The notes below the pieces were generated by a model. That model worked only from the letters and a program-made list of their open reading frames with translations. It did not search any database and was not told the DNA's origin. A DNA stretch of 64,000 bases from positions 1 through 64,000 of the forward strand of contig JAYZFK010000024.1 of NCBI GenBank assembly GCA_036336835.1. Reading direction: 5' to 3'. Positions 58,732-64,000 of this stretch are shown in pieces (position 1 is the first letter of the stretch; each line of letters begins with the position of its first letter). The DNA is from Myxococcota bacterium. GTDB lineage: Bacteria; Myxococcota_A; UBA9160; UBA4427. The translations under genes were made by a program, and so were the position numbers.

Positions 58732-60321
58732 CTAGCGGACTCGGAGCTCGACGGCATAACGTCCACTGCGCGAGCGCAGAGCGAGCGGACTCGAGCCTCG
58801 CAACACGCGCTCGCGGTCCGCGACGCGCCGCGGAGCCACGAAGAAGGCGGGATCGACCGCTTCCAGCAGCCGCACCACCGTATCGGTCGGTGTCGCATCG
58901 GACGGCGACCTGAAATGGGCGCGCGTGGCGCGGTTCCAGTACAGGCTGGGCAGCGCGTTCTCGCGCCGCATCAAGAACAGCAGCTCGCTCGAATCGAACA
59001 GCCCGAACGAGGCCTCGCCGATCCTTTCCTCCGCCGCGCGCGCGACCTCGCGTTGGTCGGCCAGCGTTGCGCCCGGCCGGATTGCGACGGAGTCGAGCTC
59101 GAGAGCCGGCCGCAGCGGGCCGGGCCGCGCGAGCAGCAGCGCGAGCAGCGCGATCAGGCCCGGCGCCCACGGCGCAGCCGTTCCGGCCCGGCGCCTCACC
59201 CACTCGATCAGGGTCCAGCCGGCCAGGCCCAGCCCGAACGCCGCGACGTGGAGCAGCGCGAACAGATCGCCATAGCCCTGCGTCTCGATCGCACTCATCG
59301 ACAGCAGCACTCCGTGGAAGACACACAGAGGCAGCAGCAAGCGCACGCGGTCCTCACCACCCTCGCGCCGCCGCCCGACCGTGAGCCACCACACGGCCAC
59401 CGGCACTCCGGCCGCGCTCAGGTAGAACAGCCAGGCGTGCTCAGGACAGCCCTCGCGCACCAGCTCCGCGATCCGCATGGCGCGCTCGCCGATCGTCTTG
59501 GCGCCGAGGGCACTGGCACCGCGGAAGAACGTCGCCACGATCACCTGATCGAACGCGGCGGCGAGCGCACCGCGAGCGGTGTAGTAGACCGCAAACGGCG
59601 CGACCGCGAGCGCACCGCCGAGAGACACCCGGAGCAGAGCGCGCGAGCGCCAGCCCTCTCCGACCCCTGCCGCCACGGCCGCCGCGAGCCAGGCCGCACC
59701 CCCGATCTGCCAGTCGAAGAAGGCGAGCCCTCCCGCGAGCCCGGCCCACAGCCAGCGGCGGTCGTGGACCAGCAAGGCCGACGCAGTGGCGAGCACGACC
59801 ATCGCCAGCTTCGGCAGCGCTCCCACCGCGGGCAACGCGCCGAGCAGTCCGAACGAGAGCACTGCTGCGAGACCGACGAAGCCGCTCGCGACACCGCCGA
59901 GTCGGCGGAACACCACGAAGCTGAGCAGGGATGCCAACGCCGCGAGCGCGAGCTGGCCGGCCCGGATCGCGATCAACGGATCCGTCCCCGCGAGTGCGCC
60001 CAGCTGGTAGAGGCCCGCACCCAGGAACACCGACAGCTGTGGCTTGTTCTCGAAGAAGTCGAGGTGCGGAACCGCTCCCTCGCTCACCTGCCACGCGTAG
60101 TAGAGGAAGTACCGAACGTCGGTCACGATCGGTTGACCCCGCAGGTCGAACGACGCGAAGTGCAGCGCCACGATGGCGAGCGCGACGAGCCCTGCGCGAC
60201 GACTTGCGGTCGAGAACGGCAACGCGTCTCCAGCCTCCCGGAACACTGAATGGGCCGGAGTCGATCGATCGACTTCCCGACGGATCCGGCTGCCAGCCTG
60301 GCCGGGCCGCCACGAGATCAA
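58732..60321 (-). CDS. GT-C-like polytopic membrane protein
   Basis: TDVRYFLY..GAVPHLDFFENKPQL then about 10 TM helices; start uncertain. Confidence 0.75.
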   Translation of the reverse strand: MISWRPGQAGSRIRREVDRSTPAHSVFREAGDALPFSTASRRAGLVALAIVALHFASFDLRGQPIVTDVRYFLYYAWQVSEGAVPHLDFFENKPQLSVFLGAGLYQLGALAGTDPLIAIRAGQLALAALASLLSFVVFRRLGGVASGFVGLAAVLSFGLLGALPAVGALPKLAMVVLATASALLVHDRRWLWAGLAGGLAFFDWQIGGAAWLAAAVAAGVGEGWRSRALLRVSLGGALAVAPFAVYYTARGALAAAFDQVIVATFFRGASALGAKTIGERAMRIAELVREGCPEHAWLFYLSAAGVPVAVWWLTVGRRREGGEDRVRLLLPLCVFHGVLLSMSAIETQGYGDLFALLHVAAFGLGLAGWTLIEWVRRRAGTAAPWAPGLIALLALLLARPGPLRPALELDSVAIRPGATLADQREVARAAEERIGEASFGLFDSSELLFLMRRENALPSLYWNRATRAHFRSPSDATPTDTVVRLLEAVDPAFFVAPRRVADRERVLRGSSPLALRSRSGRYAVELRVR

Positions 60322-61872
60322 CTAATCAACCCCTGCCCCGCTCTGAGGCCGAACTCGCCACAGCTCGGCCATGCCCGAGCGCTCGGGCTCTCCGTAGCGC
60401 TGGTTCAGATGATCGCGAACGTGCGACAGACCGCCGGTCGTCAGGAAGACGGTGTCGAGCTCGTAGCGATCGATGACCGCATCGATGCCCTCCGCCGCGC
60501 CCAGCCGGCCCACCGCGCGATGCAGGCTGTGGACGGGCCGCCCGAGGAGCACGGTGTGGTGGAAGCCGCGCCAGGCCGCGACCCGGCTGTCCGCGGCGAC
60601 CAGGGGCGCGACCGCGGCGCTCTCGCTCAGCATCCGTTGGTGATCGGCCTCGATCTCGTGCCAGCCGGCCCGCGGCGACGCGTCGATCGCCAGCAGCACC
60701 AGCGCGAGGACCACGGCGCAAGCCGAGCCGCGCGGCTCGCCCAGCCAGCGCACCGCCCGCTGGCGGATCCAGCCGAACAGCGCGACCAGGCCGAGCGCGA
60801 AGATCGGCAGCACGAGCCGGTCCTGGAAGCCGAAGTAGAACAGCAGCACGCACCCGCTGCCGAGCGCGAACCAGGCCGCCGCGCCGCGCCCGATCCAGGC
60901 CTCGCGCACCAGCGCGGCCACCAGCAAGGCACCGAGCGCAAGCTGGAGCGGCCCGGCGGGTGCGGATCCGCCACGTCCGGGCGCGCGGACGCCGGACTCG
61001 CGTGGATCGTGCCGCCCTCCCTTCACGCCCGTCTCCAGGCGGCTCCCGAGCACGGCCAGCAGCTGGACCGCGCGCTGCGGCGCGCGACCCGCGATCTCGG
61101 CCGCGGCCAGGTGTCGCGACATCGGGTCTCCGGGGTCCTCGTGCAACATCGCGGTCGCATATCCGGCGAGGCGGGTCTGGTCGGCGGGCTGCGCGCTGGC
61201 GTTCAGCTGGCCGTAGACGAACCATGGCGCGGCGACGACCAACGCGACCACCGGCGCCCGCAACGCCGCGAGACCGAGCCGGGGGCCGCCGGGCGCACCC
61301 GGCTCGAGCCAGCGTGCGAGCACGAGCGCGGGCACCAGCAGCAGGTTCGCGGAACGCAGCCACGCGGCGAGACCGACCGCGAGCCCCAGGACCAGCTCCG
61401 AGCGCCAGTCGCCTGGCTGCTCTCGCGAAGCCCACCACAGACAGCCGAGCGCTGCCGCCGTCCCGGGTACGTCCGACAGGACCGAGGTGCACAGCCGCTG
61501 GTAGCCCGGGTTCAGCCACAGCGCCGCTGCGACGGCGAGCGCAAGCGGCCAGCCGAGGCGAACGCGAGCCAGCGCAAAGAGCGCGACGACACCCAGCGCC
61601 CCGCTGAAGCTGACGAGCCCGTTCAGCCACGCGAAGTGGCTGCCGCCGCTCAGCGCGACGACCGGTGCGAGCAGCAGCGAGAAGCCCGGCGGCCGCACCA
61701 GAAAGGGCGCCCCGAGGTAGCGGTAGCCCTCGCCGTCGATCAGTGAGCGGGCCGTGGCGATGTACATCGCCGCGTCCGCGTTGCGCTGATACCAGGGATG
61801 GACGAGGGCAGCGAGGCTCGCGAGCAACAGCACCGCCGCCAAAGCAGTGGTGCGCTTCTCGGCCGGCGTCAT
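60322..61872 (-). CDS. GT39/GT-C-like membrane glycosyltransferase
   Basis: DAAMYIATARSL..GEGY..RPPGFSLLLAP, LSDVP. Confidence 0.8.
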   Translation of the reverse strand: MTPAEKRTTALAAVLLLASLAALVHPWYQRNADAAMYIATARSLIDGEGYRYLGAPFLVRPPGFSLLLAPVVALSGGSHFAWLNGLVSFSGALGVVALFALARVRLGWPLALAVAAALWLNPGYQRLCTSVLSDVPGTAAALGCLWWASREQPGDWRSELVLGLAVGLAAWLRSANLLLVPALVLARWLEPGAPGGPRLGLAALRAPVVALVVAAPWFVYGQLNASAQPADQTRLAGYATAMLHEDPGDPMSRHLAAAEIAGRAPQRAVQLLAVLGSRLETGVKGGRHDPRESGVRAPGRGGSAPAGPLQLALGALLVAALVREAWIGRGAAAWFALGSGCVLLFYFGFQDRLVLPIFALGLVALFGWIRQRAVRWLGEPRGSACAVVLALVLLAIDASPRAGWHEIEADHQRMLSESAAVAPLVAADSRVAAWRGFHHTVLLGRPVHSLHRAVGRLGAAEGIDAVIDRYELDTVFLTTGGLSHVRDHLNQRYGEPERSGMAELWRVRPQSGAGVD

Positions 61873-61903
61873 CGGCACGCGCGACCCGACGCTGAGATGG
61901 GAG

Positions 61904-62680
61904 CTACCGACCCTTCCACACTGGCGGCCGCTTCTCGGCGAACGCACGCGGTCCCTCGCGCAGGTCCTCGCTCCCCAGGAGCGTCCCGAGCTCCGAGTAG
62001 TGAGTGCGACAGGACTCGGCGAGCGAAGCCACGTCGAGGCTCTGCAGCGCGACCTGCTTGCTCGCGCGCACCGAGAGCGGGGCGCACTCGAGGATCTCGC
62101 CGGCCCAGCGCCGCGCCGCCGTCATCAGCTCATCGTGCGGCACGACCTCGTTGACGAAGCCGAGCTCCTGGCCCTCGGCCGCGCTCACCCGCCGTCCGGT
62201 GAGCAGCATGCCCATCGCGCGCTTGAGCCCGATCTGACGCGGCAGCCGCTGCATGCCGCCGGCCAGAGCGGCGAGGCCAACGCGCGGCTCCGGCAGCGCG
62301 AAGACCGCCTGCTGCGACGCGATGATCAGATCGCAGGCGAGCGCGATTTCGAAGCCGCCGCCCATCGCCACGCCATTGACGGCCGCGATCACCGGCTTCC
62401 ACAGGTCGTAGCGACCGCTGAGCCCGCCGAACCCCAGCGGTCCGACCGCGAGCTCGCCGTCGCCCTGCGCCGTGTACTTGAGATCGTTGCCTGCCGAGAA
62501 CGCCCGGTCGCCCTCACCCGTGATGATCGCGACCCAGGCATCGTCGTCGGCCGCGAAGTCGTCGAAGACCTTCGCCAGCTCGTTGTTGGCCGGTGGGTGG
62601 AGCGAGTTCAGCACCTCGGGCCGGTTGATCGTCACGATCCAGAGGCGCTCCTCGCGCTCCACCTTGCAGAACTCGGGCAT
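61904..62680 (-). CDS. Enoyl-CoA hydratase/crotonase
   Basis: NRPE, FSAGNDLK, AMGGGFEIALACD, LPEPRVG, FAEKRPPVWKGR. Confidence 0.94.
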   Translation of the reverse strand: MPEFCKVEREERLWIVTINRPEVLNSLHPPANNELAKVFDDFAADDDAWVAIITGEGDRAFSAGNDLKYTAQGDGELAVGPLGFGGLSGRYDLWKPVIAAVNGVAMGGGFEIALACDLIIASQQAVFALPEPRVGLAALAGGMQRLPRQIGLKRAMGMLLTGRRVSAAEGQELGFVNEVVPHDELMTAARRWAGEILECAPLSVRASKQVALQSLDVASLAESCRTHYSELGTLLGSEDLREGPRAFAEKRPPVWKGR

Positions 62681-62691
62681 GTCTTGGGTCC

Positions 62692-63753
<1,062 letters not shown>

Positions 63754-63861
63754 CAAACGCCTCTGCGCCGCGCCGCACGCGACGGGGCCGTATGATGGAG
63801 CCTTCCCGCCCGCCCCGCCACGCGACGCACCTAGCGTTCGGTCGCCGCCGCGCGAGCGGGC

Positions 63862-64000
63862 TCAGAAGCCGCGCCAGTAGCGCGCGCTCTGATAAGCCGA
63901 GCCGACGCAGAGCAGATGGACCAGGAAGCCAGGAACCAGGATCGCCCAGTACGCGATCGCCGTGCCGAGACACCACACCACACCCGCGAGCAGACGACCC
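63862..64000 (-). CDS. Small membrane protein, C-terminal part (5'-truncated by window)
   Basis: Hand translation ...GRLLAGVVWCLGTAIAYWAILVPGFLVHLLCVGSAYQSARYWRGF*. Confidence 0.6.
   Translation of the reverse strand, partial: GRLLAGVVWCLGTAIAYWAILVPGFLVHLLCVGSAYQSARYWRGF

Overview
This is a very GC-rich, gene-dense chromosomal segment with about 59 CDS and no rRNA, tRNA, CRISPR, integrase or transposase that I could detect. Gene content (TIGR02266-type PilZ, TPR-cNMP protein, FHA-GAF-cyclase, F420 enzymes, class II RNR) suggests a Myxococcota/deltaproteobacterial-type organism, which is an inference. Most genes are housekeeping or metabolic (radC, moaC, lgt, ETF-QO, nrdJ, npdG, glnE, gor, nth, asd, glnB, argD, DAHP synthase), with two GT-C-like envelope glycosylation clusters. 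The most notable signals are regulatory and lie outside the ORF track: (1) a complete Thr-rich leader-peptide attenuator in front of a stand-alone asd; (2) a window-wide pattern of apparently leaderless genes (TAnnnT 6-8 nt before the start, no SD), plus three symmetric bidirectional -10 elements that share one TA; (3) a perfect CRP box and a 13-bp-periodic AACTACGT triple repeat between a lytic transglycosylase and an orphan kinase; (4) tandem NrdR-like boxes followed by a ~500-nt leader before nrdJ; (5) a sigma54-driven orphan PII with T-loop substitutions. Several enzymes have altered catalytic motifs. All calls come from reading the sequence and recalling motifs; no searches were run.
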